A DNA stretch of 64,000 nucleotides from the human T2T-CHM13v2.0 reference genome, Homo sapiens (GCF_009914755.1 NC_060927.1); one strand, 5' to 3'. Counted from the first letter of the stretch, positions 40,806 to 58,486 are shown. Numbers and translations: made by a program. Notes: a model not told the origin generated them from the letters alone.

Positions 40806-41269
40806 GTCAGTATACTGGGAAAACCAGGAGATTTCAGATGGACCTAGAATGAGGAAGGCAGGCTACTCAACAGTTGTGGATTTGGGAGTCTGGACACTCC
40901 TTGAGCTGTGCAGTTTTAATTCTTTCTTAAATAAAGATACAAAGGACAATTTAGGACATGGAAAACCCTAGCTAAGAGAGAGTAGGAACCAAATTTCTCT
41001 TTGGATCTGTATGATCCACTTTGTTTTGCCACTCTTGCAACTCTTGGCAATTTGCCCCCTCATCGTCATACACAGAGAGAGAGAGAGAGGGAGAGGGAGA
41101 TAGACAAGTCCCCCAGTGTTCTGCCTTAATTCCCAGGCTTTTGGTGCCCCAAACAGGTTTCTCCACTCTCCAGATTATCCAAAGATATTTATACCACCAA
41201 ACACTCCTCCACTCATGAAAATCCACATTCCTAGGTAGAGAAAAAAAGATTTGAGTGCATAATCATTGC

Positions 41270-41652
41270 CTAACATTTTATGTGAATCATTGTGTTACCT
41301 TTCATAACAACTCTGAATGGACAATATTCTTGCTCTCCTTTTATAGTGAGGGAAATAAGTGCTTGGAGAGGTTAAATAACAAACAAATTGGTCCAAAGCA
41401 ACACTGCTGGCAAGCATCACTCTGGGATTAAAACTAGGCCTATTTCATTCCAGAGCAATTTTCTTCCCTATAAAATCATGATTCTCAGACTTAGCTGCAT
41501 ATTAGGATCATGTGGTTTTTTAAAAAAAATCCTGATGCCCAGGGCACTCTCCGTAAGAAATCGGAATGTCTGAGGGTGGACCCAGGCATCAGTGTTTGAA
41601 AAATAATCTCCCTCGATGATTCCAGTGGGGAGGCAAGTTTGAGAACCAGTAC
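41270..41652. mobile_element. MIR followed by a MER5-like MITE
   Basis: TTTTATAGTGAGGGAAAT...AGAGGTTAAATAAC; TGATTCTCAGACTTAGCTGCAT...AAGTTTGAGAACCAGT. Confidence 0.6.
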
Positions 41653-42249
41653 TATAAACTAAGCTGCCTGAATGGGGCTGTTTGAGAGAAACTCTCAAAC
41701 GTGTTTACACAGGTTGGGACCGACCAAGCTTTCTTTAATCTTTTCAGAGGAATGGGTATTTTTAAAGTAGCAATAGATAAATCTAACTAATCTTCCAGGT
41801 GTGAAACTTAAGGCTATATGAAAGAAATAGTTTGGGACAAAGAATCCCTTCCTAATTTCCCTGCAGTCCCATCATAGGCATGACCATCGCATCTCTTTAT
41901 GGCTGAAGCTTAGCCTGACTGCTGGACCCAGACTTTTGCCCAGTGACCTCTGGGGTAGGTTACTATCCTCTTTGTCCTGCCAGTACCCCTAGAAATTTGA
42001 CTTAATTGCTGCATCTAGGGACTTAGGGATTTTTCCCAAATGCTGTGTAGAAAGTCACTGGAGTTAAATCTACTCCAACCATTTTTCTGCTGTTTCTTGA
42101 AAAGACAGGATGATTCATTTACATCTCTTTTCCTTCACAGAATCATGAGGGAAGTATTGTGATTACCAGTGTTAAGCATTTGTGAATATTTTATTCCAAA
42201 AAGAAAAAAAATCACTTTACCAGCCTTTTCTGCAGAGATAAAGACTGGA

Positions 42250-42559
<310 letters not shown>

Positions 42560-43254
42560 AAAGACTGGATAGCAGCACCAAAATTTAGCAAAATGTAGAC
42601 CACAACAGCTATTTAACAATTAATCCTGAATGATAGTAATTAAGTTACACAGAAAGAGAATGCAGGTGCTAGTAGAAGAGGAGGAAAGAAACAGGGAGAG
42701 TGAGGGAGAGAAAGAGAGAAGCAAGGAACATTATCTACCTATGGCTTCCATCTATCTGATTCACTAAGGTCAAAAAAATTCTCTCATATCAACTAAGAAA
42801 TCTAATGAAACCAATCAACACTAGCTTATTCCTAGCATTTAGCTGTGCTGAATGCTGTAGAGAAATAGGAGGCGAAGTTTTTCTAATTTATAGTTTGATG
42901 AAAGCAAATTAGCATGTGTGAAATGTGTAGAAGACATTATAAGATGGCGGGCAATAATTTCAAGTACAAGCCACATATGCTGGGTGAAGTCAGAGAATGA
43001 GACTTACGTGCAGTTACCACAGGGCCGTCGTTCAGGTCTTCATAAAGAGAGTGAGAACTTGAACCAGACCTCAGAGGAGAGGGAGGAAGGAGAGGAAGGC
43101 AGCACAAAAACACGACCATGAGTGAATATGTAGAATGCCAGTTCTTCTGTGCCCAGAGTTCATATTTAGAAAGAGAATGAAAATAAAATTGATTATATTG
43201 GACACAGATTAGATAATCCAAATTTAATAGCCAGGAGGAATCTTGAGTTGAAAG

Positions 43255-43460
43255 AAAGGCAGTGTGATGTTAGAAGGAGGGCTGAATTTGAAGTTGGAAA
43301 ACCTACATCCAACTACCACTTCAGATATATGACCTTGAGTAACCTCCGTAAACCTCAGTTTCCTTTCTGTAACATGGGAAAATAGCACCCACCTAACTTC
43401 TTCTTAGGGATTTGTGAAAGTCAAGTTAGTTAAAAAATGGAAAACACCATAAACTGCAAA
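43255..43460 (+). mobile_element. MIR
   Basis: TGACCTTGAGTAACCTCCGTAAACCTCAGTTTCCTTTCTGTAACATGGGAAAATAG. Confidence 0.65.
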
Positions 43461-43904
43461 ATTCTGGACAGATGTCTCGGTGATTATTCTGTTTATTTTC
43501 AGCCTGACTCAATTTGTGGATGAAAAAACTAACATCCAGAAAGTAATTAATTAAATTCCAGGCCTTTTAATGAACAGTCTTCTGCTTTTTCTCTTAACAA
43601 TATAATTTCTCCTATGGAACAATTTGAAAGCCATGCATGCAAATTTAGACTAAAAGCAATGGACATAAAAGAAACCTGTATACATTCTTCGGTATTACGC
43701 ACATGTGATGAGTGGTGCTTTTGGGCACTTGCCTGACAGTAGCTTGGACAGAAAAGACACTGGAGCCTCAGAGAATAACTATTGAAGCAATTCTGGAATT
43801 AAGAAATAAGGCCTGAAATGAGATGGTAAAAGATGTTAGAGGAAGAGAAGCAAGGTAAGACAAGGTGACACACAGAATCAGAAATGATGAACAGGAAGCA
43901 ACTT

Positions 43905-45210
<1,306 letters not shown>

Positions 45211-45522
45211 ATGCAAATTAGTTATTTCTACCAAGGGCTAGAAATACAGGACTAGTCACAGATGGAAAGTAAGGGCAACAAAATAAACTTGAGAGCCACA
45301 AACCTGTGGGTTACAGTTAAAATTATAAAACACTGTCAAAATTTAATTAATTTTAGGAAGTTCACTTTGTCCTCACAACAGGTTTTTGAAGTATATTTTT
45401 CTAAGTATTTAATACGTACTCTTAACAGTCTGCAAATTTGCAAAACCTGAAGTTAATGAGTGGTTAATTGACTTAAGATTTTTTCCAGAATCAAATTCCT
45501 TTCTCCATACATACATGCGTTG

Positions 45523-45524
<2 letters not shown>

Positions 45525-45558
<34 letters not shown>
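45525..45558. repeat. (GT)n microsatellite
   Basis: About 17 GT units. Confidence 0.97.
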
Positions 45559-45560
<2 letters not shown>

Positions 45561-45914
45561 AGGTGTGCACCTACTGCAAGAAATGAAAGTGATTGGGAAG
45601 GAAGCAAGATAACAGTTATTCACGTGGAAGATCGAGAAGTGTAAATATTTACCACCAACAGCTCAGTTATATTATGGCAAGTTTATGAATGAAAAAAAAG
45701 GATTTTCAATTCTGAATACATATCCTACTATTTTAAGACCTATAGATCATTTGATTCTTTCTCCCCAATTTTGGAATTTCCACTCAGCTCAAAACACATT
45801 TGAATCTTTTATTAAGGTTGCTTTGAACCTAATGAGGCTTAAAATATTGCTGCAGCATATTTAGCAAAGTTTTTCTGACTCATAACAGTTTTATGATTTT
45901 TCTCTTATCCTCAG

Positions 45915-46013
45915 TTGCTATACCTGCCTTTCAGGAACTGCCCTCGTTTTCAAGAACTTGAGAGTGAGACTTTGAAATCAGAGGAATTCCAGAAGAGGCT
46001 GCACCCTTATAAG
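45915..46013 (+). CDS. ACP3: ACP3 exon 5
   Basis: CCTCAG|LLYLPFRNCPRFQELESETLKSEEFQKRLHPYK|GTTAAA; 99 nt. Confidence 0.97.
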
Positions 46014-47324
46014 GTTAAAAGCTAGTTTTGTTTAGTGGTACTTGTTAGTTTGTTAGTGGTACTTGAGTGTGAGGGCCAAGACACAAGATGAAGCTTTGGC
46101 TTCTTAAAAAGATGGGACGAATGCATCTGTCAGTGGCTGGTTACAGCAATGGGTTAGAATATTTAATGAGGGAGGTCATCACTCCTGCTTCCCTTCCCCA
46201 TACAGGGGTCACAAGCCAATAGACAAGCCAGTCCTTTTGAATCCTTTACTCATGGCCTTGAGAGGAACCAGGTGTGAGTAAATGGCTGGATGAGAATAAA
46301 TATAAGTCTAAAATCACCTGCCTTATTCAGGCTAAGGGGCTGGGATTATTGTCTTCATATACAAAGGATAGTCTTTTTTTTTTGTTTCTATTTTGCAAAA
46401 TACCCATTTTCAGCACAATACAAAAGGTAGATATAATGCTGTGTACTTTTTAAAATAATCTTTTGAATATTATACATTCATACTGTCCAAAAATTAGAAA
46501 ATATAAAAAGGAATACAGTGGAAGCCTCCATGACCCCACAGGTAACCACTAGCATTATTTTCTAGTAGTCTTTTATGTGTTTATTTTATGCAGTCTTTTA
46601 TGTATTTTATGTAGTATTTTATGCAGTCTTCCAATTTCCTTATGCATATACAAACATAAAAATATATTCTGATAGTTTCTTCTTTTGTTACACGAAAATG
46701 GTATACTATTCATAGGGTTGGGCACCTTGGTTTTGTTTTGTTTTTTTTTTTCCATTTAAGAAAATATATTGGAAATATTTCTATATCTGTATGTAAAGAG
46801 TTTCCTCCTTTTCTTTCTTTTCCTTTTTTTTAACAAATGTGTAATATTTATATTTATGCCATAATTTATTTAACCAGCCCCTATTGATAGGAATATGGGT
46901 CATTTTTCAATCTTTCATTTTTACAAACAGCATGTATGAATAACTTGTGCATCTAAATAGTTTCACAAGAATACCTGTGGGATAATATCCTAGAAGTAGA
47001 CATTCTGGGTTAATCTGAAATATTATTAATTTACCCTCCAAAGAGGTTTTACTACTTTCTACTTCTATCAGCACTGCATGCAAATGCCCATTTCTCCACA
47101 ACTTTGCCAACAGTATGTGGACCACTCTGGGGATATTTGCCAATCTGGTAAGTGGAAAATAATATCACTAGAAGCATCCATCTCCTCTAAAATTAGGAAT
47201 AAGACAAGGAAGCTCACTATTATAACTACTGTACAACATCGTGCTATAGTACTTCTTGTGATGAGTGAGTTTGGGTATCTTCATCTAGTTAAATACCATT
47301 TTTTGGTTTGTTTTTTGATATTGT

Positions 47325-47550
47325 ATTTCTTTTTTAACTTTTATTTTAAGTTCAGGGGTACAAATGCAGGTTTGTTATATAGGTAAACATGTGTCATGGG
47401 GGTTTGTTGTACAGATTATTTCATCACCCAGGTATAAAGCCTAGTACTCATTGGTTATTTTTCCTGACCCTTTGCCTCCTCCCACCCTTCACCTTCCAAG
47501 AGGCCCCAGTGTGTCTTCTTCCCCTCTATGTGTCCGTGTATTCTCATCAG
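47325..47550 (-). mobile_element. L1PA 3'-end fragment
   Basis: AACTTTTATTTTAAGTTCAGGGGTACAAATGCAGGTTTGTTATATAGGTAAAC...TCATCACCCAGGTA. Confidence 0.85.
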
Positions 47551-47680
47551 TTAAATGCCATTTATATTTCCTTTTATATCAATATCCCTTGACTATTTTT
47601 CTTTTGGATGATTGATTTTCCTTTTGCTATAAGTTTTTAGAAGCTTTTTTCTATGTATTTTAACATTTCTGTCTGTGATA

Positions 47681-48816
<1,136 letters not shown>

Positions 48817-50758
48817 GATAATGAATGGCATTTTTAAAAAAAAGTTTGTCTATTAACTGCTTACCGTGTTCTTGCCATGTAGGTTCTGTATCAATGTATT
48901 CTTATATGGCTTCTATATTTTGAGTCATGTTTAGAAAAGCTTTCCCCACTCCTAGGTTATAAAGGAAGTCTGCAATGCTTTCTTCTAATTCCACTCTAGC
49001 TTCATTTCTCATTTATATATTGAATTCATTTACAGTTCATACTGGTAGAAGGTATCCTGTTTAAGTTTTTTCCTGGAAGATTATCTAATTGCTCCATCAT
49101 TGTTTATTGAATAGTTCATTTTTTTCCTACTTATTGAAGCTATTATATATTAAAATTCCCATAGGTGTGGGGTCTATTTATGTAATTTTTATTCTGTTTA
49201 ATTTTTTATTAGCCAAAACTTGGGTTTTAACTATTAAGACTTTATAATATGCTTTAATATCTAAAGGGCTAGTCATCCCTCATTGCTTTTTCTGAGTTTC
49301 CATGGCTATGTTTTAATTTTCTTTGTGAACTTCAGAGTCAGCTTGTCTAGTTCCAAAAGTATTTTTTAATTTTTAGTATTTTCATTAGGATCATATTAAA
49401 TTTATTTAACTTAGGGAGAATTTGCAACTTTTCACTGTCAAATCTTCCTAAGAATATGGTACATGTTCCTACTTGTTTTATCTTAAAGATTATTTTAGGG
49501 TTTTCTTCATATATGTCTTTACATTTTTTGTTAAGTTTGTTTCAGGTTTACAGTATCTCCAGTTTTCAAAAATGTGTATCTCTGATTTCTTCCTTTTGCC
49601 TATTTGCACTGGCCACTACTTACAGTATAATGTTATGGGCAGTGTTGGTAGCGGGTATTCTTGTCTTATTTCTGATTTTAGAGGAGTTTTCCTAATAAGC
49701 ATACAGGCTTTTGAACCAAAATAGACATATTTTTATGAAACTAAGGAAATATCCACCTTTCTTATTTTCTTGAGTGTATTTTTTTAAATCAATATTAGTT
49801 GTTTAATCTCCTGAATGATTGTTTTAACATTTTTTAATACAATCAAATTATTTTTCTCCTTGGATTAATTACAATGATTGATTACATTCATAGATTTACC
49901 AATGTTGAACAATCTTTATATTTCTCAAATCAAACCCATTTCCTTTTATGTGACATTGAATTACTTCCTGTTATTTTACTTACACCTTTTGCATTGATAT
50001 TTACAAGTGGCATTGAACTAATAGTTTTATTTTGGGGGCAATCTTTGTCAGTATCAGTGTTACACTTAATTCATAAGAAGTTTTTGAAAGTTTTCTTTCA
50101 TCTTCTATGCTCCAGAACAGTTAAAATAGCATTAGAATAATTTACTCTTGAAAAGCTTGGTAGAATTCCTCTATGACAGTCATCTGGCCCTGGAGCTTTT
50201 ATGTTTGAGAAGATGGCAGTAGGAGCTCTTTAACAATAATTTCTATTATTTTATGAAAATCTATTGAGGTTAATATTGGCAAATTGTAGTTCCCTAGAAA
50301 TTTCATCCATCAGACAGACAATATCTTCCAAAAAGGCTTCCCAGAAATGGCTGCCAATTTCAGCAGTCAGATAGCTGAACATTGGGTCTCATTATTGCGA
50401 CATTCCAAGAAACATACAGAACCTAGCGAAAGATTTGCATTCCATCCAAGTTTTATATGTATAGCCAAAGACCAAGCCCTATTTGTGTTGCATGTTCCAG
50501 GATGCTTTGGCCTGAAATATGCTTTCCTTTCTCACCTGGGACATATTTACACATGAGTTATACTTTACCCACTTCTAAAAAGAATCTGAGGCAGTACACT
50601 TCAATCCAATTCCAGCACGAACCAGGAACATGTGGCAGTCAGCCAGCATCTATCTACATTTTAAATGTAATAATAAGGAATAATCAATTCGTGTTTGTAA
50701 AATTCTTTGGAATGACATTATCGTAACCAATATTACTGGTGCATTTTTCTGTGAAGAA

Positions 50759-50976
50759 CAGCGGTTCTCAACAGGGGCGCATTTGCCTCACAAGGAACAT
50801 TTGGCAATGTCGGGAGATATTCTGGGTTATACAAGTGGGAGATTAGGAATGCTACTGGCATCTAGTGGGCAGAGGCCAGGATACTGTGAAACATCCTATA
50901 ATGCACAGGAGAGCTCCCTACAACAAACAATTGTCTGGCCCAAAATATCAATAATGCTGAAGCTGAGAAACCTGTG
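50759..50976. mobile_element. MER20 ending ~30 nt before exon 6
   Basis: CAGCGGTTCTCAAC...CATTTGGCAATGTC...GCTACTGGCATCTAGTGGG...GCTGAGAAACCTG. Confidence 0.88.
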
Positions 50977-51008
50977 TAGGAATTTTTCTTTCTCTGTTTG
51001 TGTTTCAG

Positions 51009-51101
51009 GATTTTATAGCTACCTTGGGAAAACTTTCAGGATTACATGGCCAGGACCTTTTTGGAATTTGGAGTAAAGTCTACGACCCTTTATATTGTGA
51101 G
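51009..51101 (+). CDS. ACP3: ACP3 exon 6
   Basis: TTTCAG|DFIATLGKLSGLHGQDLFGIWSKVYDPLYCE|GTAAAA; 93 nt. Confidence 0.98.
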
Positions 51102-52307
51102 GTAAAAGAAAAAAAAATCACAGGTTAACTTGCAATCTGATTTTATGATTTATGCTTATTTTGAAATAGATGAATATCTTTTCTTTCACTTCTTTATGAA
51201 TGTATTACTTATACTTCTTTTGACATTGAAACGTAATTCACAACTTCCTTATATTAACTTGAAAATGCTGACTTCTCTTTTCTCTCTATTATTATTTATG
51301 TTTTCACCCTTTAGAAAATTACAAGCAAAATTGCTTTTCTTCTATGAGTTTCCACTTTAGTTTTTTCCCCCCTTGGATTCAGTAGGAGCTTATTTATTTT
51401 GCAGCCACTCAAAAATGCTGGGTTCCTGTCCTTGGTCTTAATGAAAAAACAATGTTGTTATAAAGAAAGAGGGGAAAATTACCTGATTTCCGAATGTAGA
51501 AATAAACAAGCAAAATATAAGCCAGGCTATTTATATTTGCTTAACAAGAAAGAACTTCTTTCTTGCTTTGCGATGCATTTGAAATACCGTTTGTGGCCAG
51601 ATAAATTACGATTGCTTTTCAAGGTTACATGGTGTTTCTCACTCACCATGCTCCACCTTCTGGCCAAAAGGAGTACTCTCTGTTCCTGTTTTCCCAACTA
51701 GCTCACTAAATATGGGGCAAGATTCTGACGACCCACCTAATTCATATTGACTTCTAACTTTGAGGTCATCGTGAGAGTCTGGGGGGCAGCAATTACTTCC
51801 GTAGTTCTATCTTAATAACAGATGACACAGTTTGCCTCCATCCCTCCTAAAGTTAATTGACCCAATCACATGCTACTTTCCCAGTATTTTCACTTAATCA
51901 TCAGCAACTATTTCAGTGAAAATTCATTAGCATTGTAAAAGACTCTTCAGTGAAAACAAGAGCCCCCATTTTTGTTCCAGTCATAATTTTTTTTTCTTCC
52001 TTACTACAGTTTGATCTGAGCTATTCCAAAATGTGGTCATGTCATGTGATATTTTTTCCAAATCTCTCTCACTTATTTCCTCTGTAGGTCACTCCACTTT
52101 GGTCTCCTCTTTCACGAACTCACTTTCTCTCACTCTTAATCCTGCCTTTGAAACTGGGGGACTCCTAATCAACTCTTCCTAACGGGTAATAAATATTGGC
52201 ACAAGGTCTCACCTGCCCTGCTTGTACTTAACCATTCATTTAACGCATATTTACCAAGTATCCACTGTGTGCAAGGTGCAGGCTTTCCTCAAGAGTCAGT
52301 GAACTAC

Positions 52308-52922
<615 letters not shown>

Positions 52923-53384
52923 AAAGTCAGCAAACTAGACCTTGATGGGGGTAGGGGAGAATATATTACTGAAGGCTCCAGAAATATATTGCCTTTCCTA
53001 ACTGGCCTCTCAGGCAGCCCATTCAGCTTTTAAGGAAATATCATTTAACTCTGTCAGGTTCATAGAAAGATTTCTAACCCTTTCATAAAGGAATGAGGTA
53101 TTATTTCCCTACTGCACCCTTACTCTGCAAAATATGAGCCACCCACTGATCCAGAGTTAAACCAAAAGCTATGGACTGGGTAGGAATGGGTAAATTCATT
53201 TATATAAGCTTTTCTTCTGAAAGTCAATACCACTACTTATCACAATATGAAGTTCTCTTAGAAAGAAATGGCAGGACAAGAAAGTCTGGCCCTACTAGTT
53301 CTTGTGAGGTGAAAAAGGATAAGTCAACAAAGAGGACAGTCATATAAATACACATACATTTTTCTTCCTTTTTCTTTGCTACAG

Positions 53385-53517
53385 AGTGTTCACAATTTCA
53401 CTTTACCCTCCTGGGCCACTGAGGACACCATGACTAAGTTGAGAGAATTGTCAGAATTGTCCCTCCTGTCCCTCTATGGAATTCACAAGCAGAAAGAGAA
53501 ATCTAGGCTCCAAGGGG
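53385..53517 (+). CDS. ACP3: ACP3 exon 7
   Basis: CTACAG|SVHNFTLPSWATEDTMTKLRELSELSLLSLYGIHKQKEKSRLQG+G|GTAAGT; 133 nt, ends phase 1. Confidence 0.98.
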
Positions 53518-53534
53518 GTAAGTATTATAAAATG

Positions 53535-53880
53535 AGAGGAGCATATTGGATTTGTGGTTGAATGATCCAGGTCTGAGTCATTCCCTCCACCAATCAACTG
53601 TGTGATCTCAGACAGTTCACTTAATCACTCTTGCACCAGCTTCCATTCTGCAAAATGGGGATATTAATGATACCTACTTCATAGACAGTGAGTATTAAAA
53701 TGAATGTATGTATTCAAATGGCTTAGAGCAAACAGTACCTGGTACATAATACACTGTCAATAAATGTCATATGTTAGTATAATCATAACTATTACTCACT
53801 CAAGCCCTTAGTTTTCTATCTGGAAAATGAAAGCTAAAGCTAAATGATCCTTTCCATCCCCTCCAGATCAAAAATCAAGG
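53535..53880 (+). mobile_element. MIR fragments
   Basis: CTGTGTGATCTCAGACAGTTCACTTAATC...CTGCAAAATGGGGATATTAATGATACCTACTTCATAG. Confidence 0.7.
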
Positions 53881-55892
53881 ATCTGTGTCTGAGCCACATG
53901 AAAATCAATTGTGTCTTGTGGCCTATATGATGAATTTTTCAAGTGGGAGGTATGACAAAAGTGGCCTGTTTTCCTGAAACCCTGAGTGGTAGTCATTGTG
54001 AAAGCCGATAAAATATATTTTTCAGGCTAATTGTTATATTTTTCAGACCAATTATGTGCTGTTAAAATATGTTGCAATTGACAAGTTTATAACACAGCTT
54101 GAAATTTTTCATTGACATTGAAAGCTGTTGAGATTTATTTATCAGTGATGCCTCTTCTTGGTTAGAACTGGCTCTTCGTAGCACAGGACACCCTGTCATA
54201 TGAAGGCAGACCCAGGCAAGAGGATGCTGGATTCTTGTAATCAGGATAAGTGGATGGAAGAAAAAAGTCAGGACCAGCAAAGACAAGGACAGATGTTGGG
54301 GCTTATGAGAGAAACTGGATGGGCAGGCCAAGATACCAAATGAGGTGTCAGACTTAGATGCGGTTATCATAGGTATTAAAACTAGGGATAAAGAAGAAGA
54401 GAAAGTTCATCATGTCAGGTTGACGTAATGAGGAAAGTCCAAGCCACAGGAGATGGTCCAAGTCAGGCTGACACACATATTCAAGGCATTTTGAGATTAA
54501 TACAATCACATCATGATTCCAGCCATTGACAGACACTATTCACCACAGCATCAGGACAAGTCCATCAAAATCCCAAGAGAATGCATAGAGGCAAAGCATA
54601 TTAGGGCTGGACCAGACTGGGAGGTTGTTCACTGAGGCTACTTAACTAGGGAAAAAATTCAAATCACTGACCAGAAAAGGAATCAATTATAGCTAGAAAA
54701 GCAGGGCTGCACACCAGGTATAAAGAGTGAGGCAAGCTGTAACCAGGGGAATGAGGTATGAAACCAGGATGGTCAGGAGCAAATTCATGTGAGATGAATA
54801 AAGTAGGTTGGGGCAAAAAATTTAGGACAGTGGCCATTAACGACATGAGGTTGTTGTAGATCTGCTATTACAAAAATCCTGATTGCATGGCACAGAGACA
54901 GACTTGATAGAAATGTGCAAGTCCTTACTTCACATTAAACACATGAGCAACAAGATCCAGCCTTGAGGAAGGGAGAGTCTCCAGAGAGGAGTCTTAGATG
55001 GAAGCTGGAGTGTTGGAAAAAATTACCAGGCAGGATACAGACTGTGTCTATGGGCAGAACCCAGGAAGAAGCTCAATCTTAAGTGCTTAACAACAAAAGA
55101 TGTAGAGGGTGCCTTGGAAGCCACATAAGCACTCAGCCTCATTTCTGGCCCACCAGGTGCCAGCAGTGTGACTCAGTCGCAAGCCCCATCAAATGGTGGA
55201 AGCAGGACTCTTGATTTATTTCCCCCAACCTAGTTATGGTGGATTCAGGCACCTAGTCCCTCACGACTCAAAGTGCAGTCTACTTTTCAGCATCGGCATC
55301 AACTACCACCTGGCTAGAAACACAGGCCCCACTCCCAAACGAGTTGAATCAGGATCTGCATTTGAATAAAATCCCAACATGCTTTATACCAGACGGGAGT
55401 TGACAGTAGTCTAATAGTAGATGTAGGGATGTGTATGTATGAATAAGAAATGGAGTTGCTCCACTTTCCTCATGTTTCCTCTTTTATTTCCCTTGCCTAC
55501 TAGAAGATTACATTTGGGAGAAGCCACTTCCCCTCTCTGGATCTCTGTTTCACTACCTATGAGGAGATTAAACTAGACTGTCTATAAGAGTCCTTCTCTG
55601 AGTTGTTCTCTGATCTTGGATTCTAAAGGCTGGCACTTGTATGAAACCAGCTGTCCTGCTTTCTGGAAAAAGTCCAGCGCCATTGTTAAGCAGGAAAATT
55701 TCTCCTGTGTGGTTCTGCCAAAACAAAAGCTCAGACTATTATTCAGATCTGGCTGGGCAAGAGAGATTTGTCAACTACATGTTTATTGAATGATGAAACA
55801 GCTGAACACATTCCTGCACAGAAAACACACATTGTCTAGGTGACAAAGAGTAATGTGGACACATCAGGGCCACCTTCTGACCTTTGCTAGTT

Positions 55893-56240
<348 letters not shown>

Positions 56241-56290
56241 TAGAATTTTTATTTCATCATTTAACTTCAGGGGTGACACTGTTCAGTAAG

Positions 56291-56295
56291 ACACA

Positions 56296-56336
<41 letters not shown>
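56291..56336. repeat. (CA)n microsatellite
   Basis: About 23 AC units with one interruption. Confidence 0.97.
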
Positions 56337-56344
<8 letters not shown>

Positions 56345-56413
56345 TCCCTGGGGCAAATTTAGGATGATATGGCTGGTCATATCAGTGAAAAGAGAGCTCT
56401 TCTTGCTCTAGGC

Positions 56414-56634
56414 CAGAGGTTGGCAAACTACTGCCTGTATGCCTAATCCAGCCCACTACCTGGTTTTGTAAATAAAGTTTTATTGAAATACAGCCACACT
56501 CATTCATTTATGCATTGTCTATTGCTGCTTTCATGCTACCACCGCAGAGCTGAGTAGTTGCAACAGATTTTTTAACCCACAAAGCCTAAGACATTTACTC
56601 TCTGGACTTTTACAGAAAAGTTTGCCAACCTCTG
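56414..56634. mobile_element. MER58A DNA transposon
   Basis: Perfect 16-bp TIR CAGAGGTTGGCAAACT/AGTTTGCCAACCTCTG; TSD CTCTAGGC/CTGTAGAC. Confidence 0.92.
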
Positions 56635-57461
56635 CTGTAGACTAGAAATGAAGGAAGCAAAGTTTATGTCTTCAGATCAATGATATTTTTGTCTAGTTTA
56701 CGAAGATTTAATAAAGGATACAACAGATAACTTTGAAGCTAGCTTTCCACGATAGCATGGTCTAATGATTACAAATAAAGGTTTTGACACAGGACATGCT
56801 AGATTTAAAGCCCTCCTTCTCTGCTTGCAAGTTGTATAATCTAATTAAGTTGCTGAGCCTCTCCAAGCCTCAGTTTCCCCTATAAAACAGAATATTGATA
56901 TGCCAGAGCCTGAGGATAATCATGATAGTCACCCCTAATCACTCCTGGGATAAGGGTGTAATCATACCAGAACCAAGAACTGATATATTCATGACCAAAA
57001 CTGCAGCCTGACCAAAAGGCACTTGTTGACAAAGGGCAACTTGCTGATTTCAGGTGGCTGTCATGGCTCCCAAAAGCTTGGCCACAGAGTTTAGCACCAA
57101 CATGGCATGTGAATCAAGCTAAAGTCCCTAATGCATTCCACAGGGCAACCCTCTCTGAGATAGAGGGATTTAGACCTGTTAGACATGTACATTCAGATTA
57201 TCCTATTCATCTTCAAGGAATTTCCAGTATCTTATAGAAAGAGCAGATACCTACCTCCTTAATTAACCCTTTTTTATACTTACTGGTGTACAGACCTGTC
57301 TCTTCTTACTATTTTATGAGTTTTTGGAGGGCAGGGACCAGGTCTGATTCTCCTAGCACAGTATCTGGCGCATCATAGCTGCTCAGTGTGTGTTTGTTGA
57401 GTGGACTACAGAACCTGAGATTATAGTCAATCTGTTAATATCAATGCCCTGCTCATTACAA

Positions 57462-57463
<2 letters not shown>

Positions 57464-57498
<35 letters not shown>
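57464..57498. repeat. (CA)n microsatellite
   Basis: About 17 CA units. Confidence 0.97.
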
Positions 57499-57501
<3 letters not shown>

Positions 57502-58403
57502 AACACACCCTACTGGTCATTCTCAGCCAAGAGAGCACATGATGCAGGGTAAAGAGACCAACAGAGACACCAGATAGTTACAGACATCTCTGAAGCAACA
57601 TGTCCTTAAAACAGGATCTGTTTTGGCACCACAAGGTACCCCACAGCCCTCAGTGCCTAGAAATAGGACAAATACTGTAAGCTCTATATCTGTCTTTCAC
57701 CACCTCAGGAGCAACAGCAGTTAGGTGTTCAGATGTGAAGTGTGAAGAGCAAAAGTTTCCTCTACTGAAGACAGACAGAAACTCAAATGAAAGCTAAAGA
57801 TGCTGGCTGTCCCCCCAATAGTGACACCTAGGGTAACCTGGAGAAATGGTCCACAGAGAATAGTCCATGATCTGTACAAACATCCAGAGAGCTGCTTTCT
57901 CCCATGGCCTCCCACAGGTCTGACTGCCAGAGAGTAGAAGCAAGAGGGGTGAAAACAGAGGAGTACCTGCTGTGCTGTCATTTCAGGTCTGCTCTGGAGA
58001 AGAACATGGGCTAAGAATTATCTTTTATGATCTGAAAAAGCTGTCTGAAGTTCCTTCCAAGCTTATCAGCCTCCTAACCTGAGCTTTAACAAAACCCGGT
58101 ATGGTAGAGTCCTAGTGTGCCAATCCAGCTTTCCTTACCTGGCTGTGTGAGTCACTTAATATCTTTGGACTTAAGATTCCTTACCTAAAAATGAGGGTTG
58201 AGACGTAGGATTCAGTTTAAAAAAAAAAAAGTATGTAAATCACATTACCTAGCACAGAGCAGATGCTCAATAAAATTAGATCTTTGCCCCTCTTCTTAAG
58301 TCATGGCAGGGAGAGTCCGCAACTATGAAGTGACAAAAAGCTAATGAACTAAAATAGAAGCTTATGTTTGGTTCAGTTTGGTTATTGATTCATCTTCTTT
58401 AAG

Positions 58404-58486
58404 GTGTCCTGGTCAATGAAATCCTCAATCACATGAAGAGAGCAACTCAGATACCAAGCTACAAAAAACTTATCATGTATTCTGCG
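58404..58486 (+). CDS. ACP3: ACP3 exon 8
   Basis: TTTAAG|GT+VLVNEILNHMKRATQIPSYKKLIMYSA|GTAAGT; 83 nt, phase 1 to phase 0. Confidence 0.98.

Noticed and set aside
53376-53561. 61-aa ORF as a stand-alone gene
   Set aside because: It is ACP3 exon 7 plus intronic read-through
55148-55166. Second CTCF-like motif CCACCAGGTGCCAGC
   Set aside because: Mismatch at a highly conserved G of the GGC core
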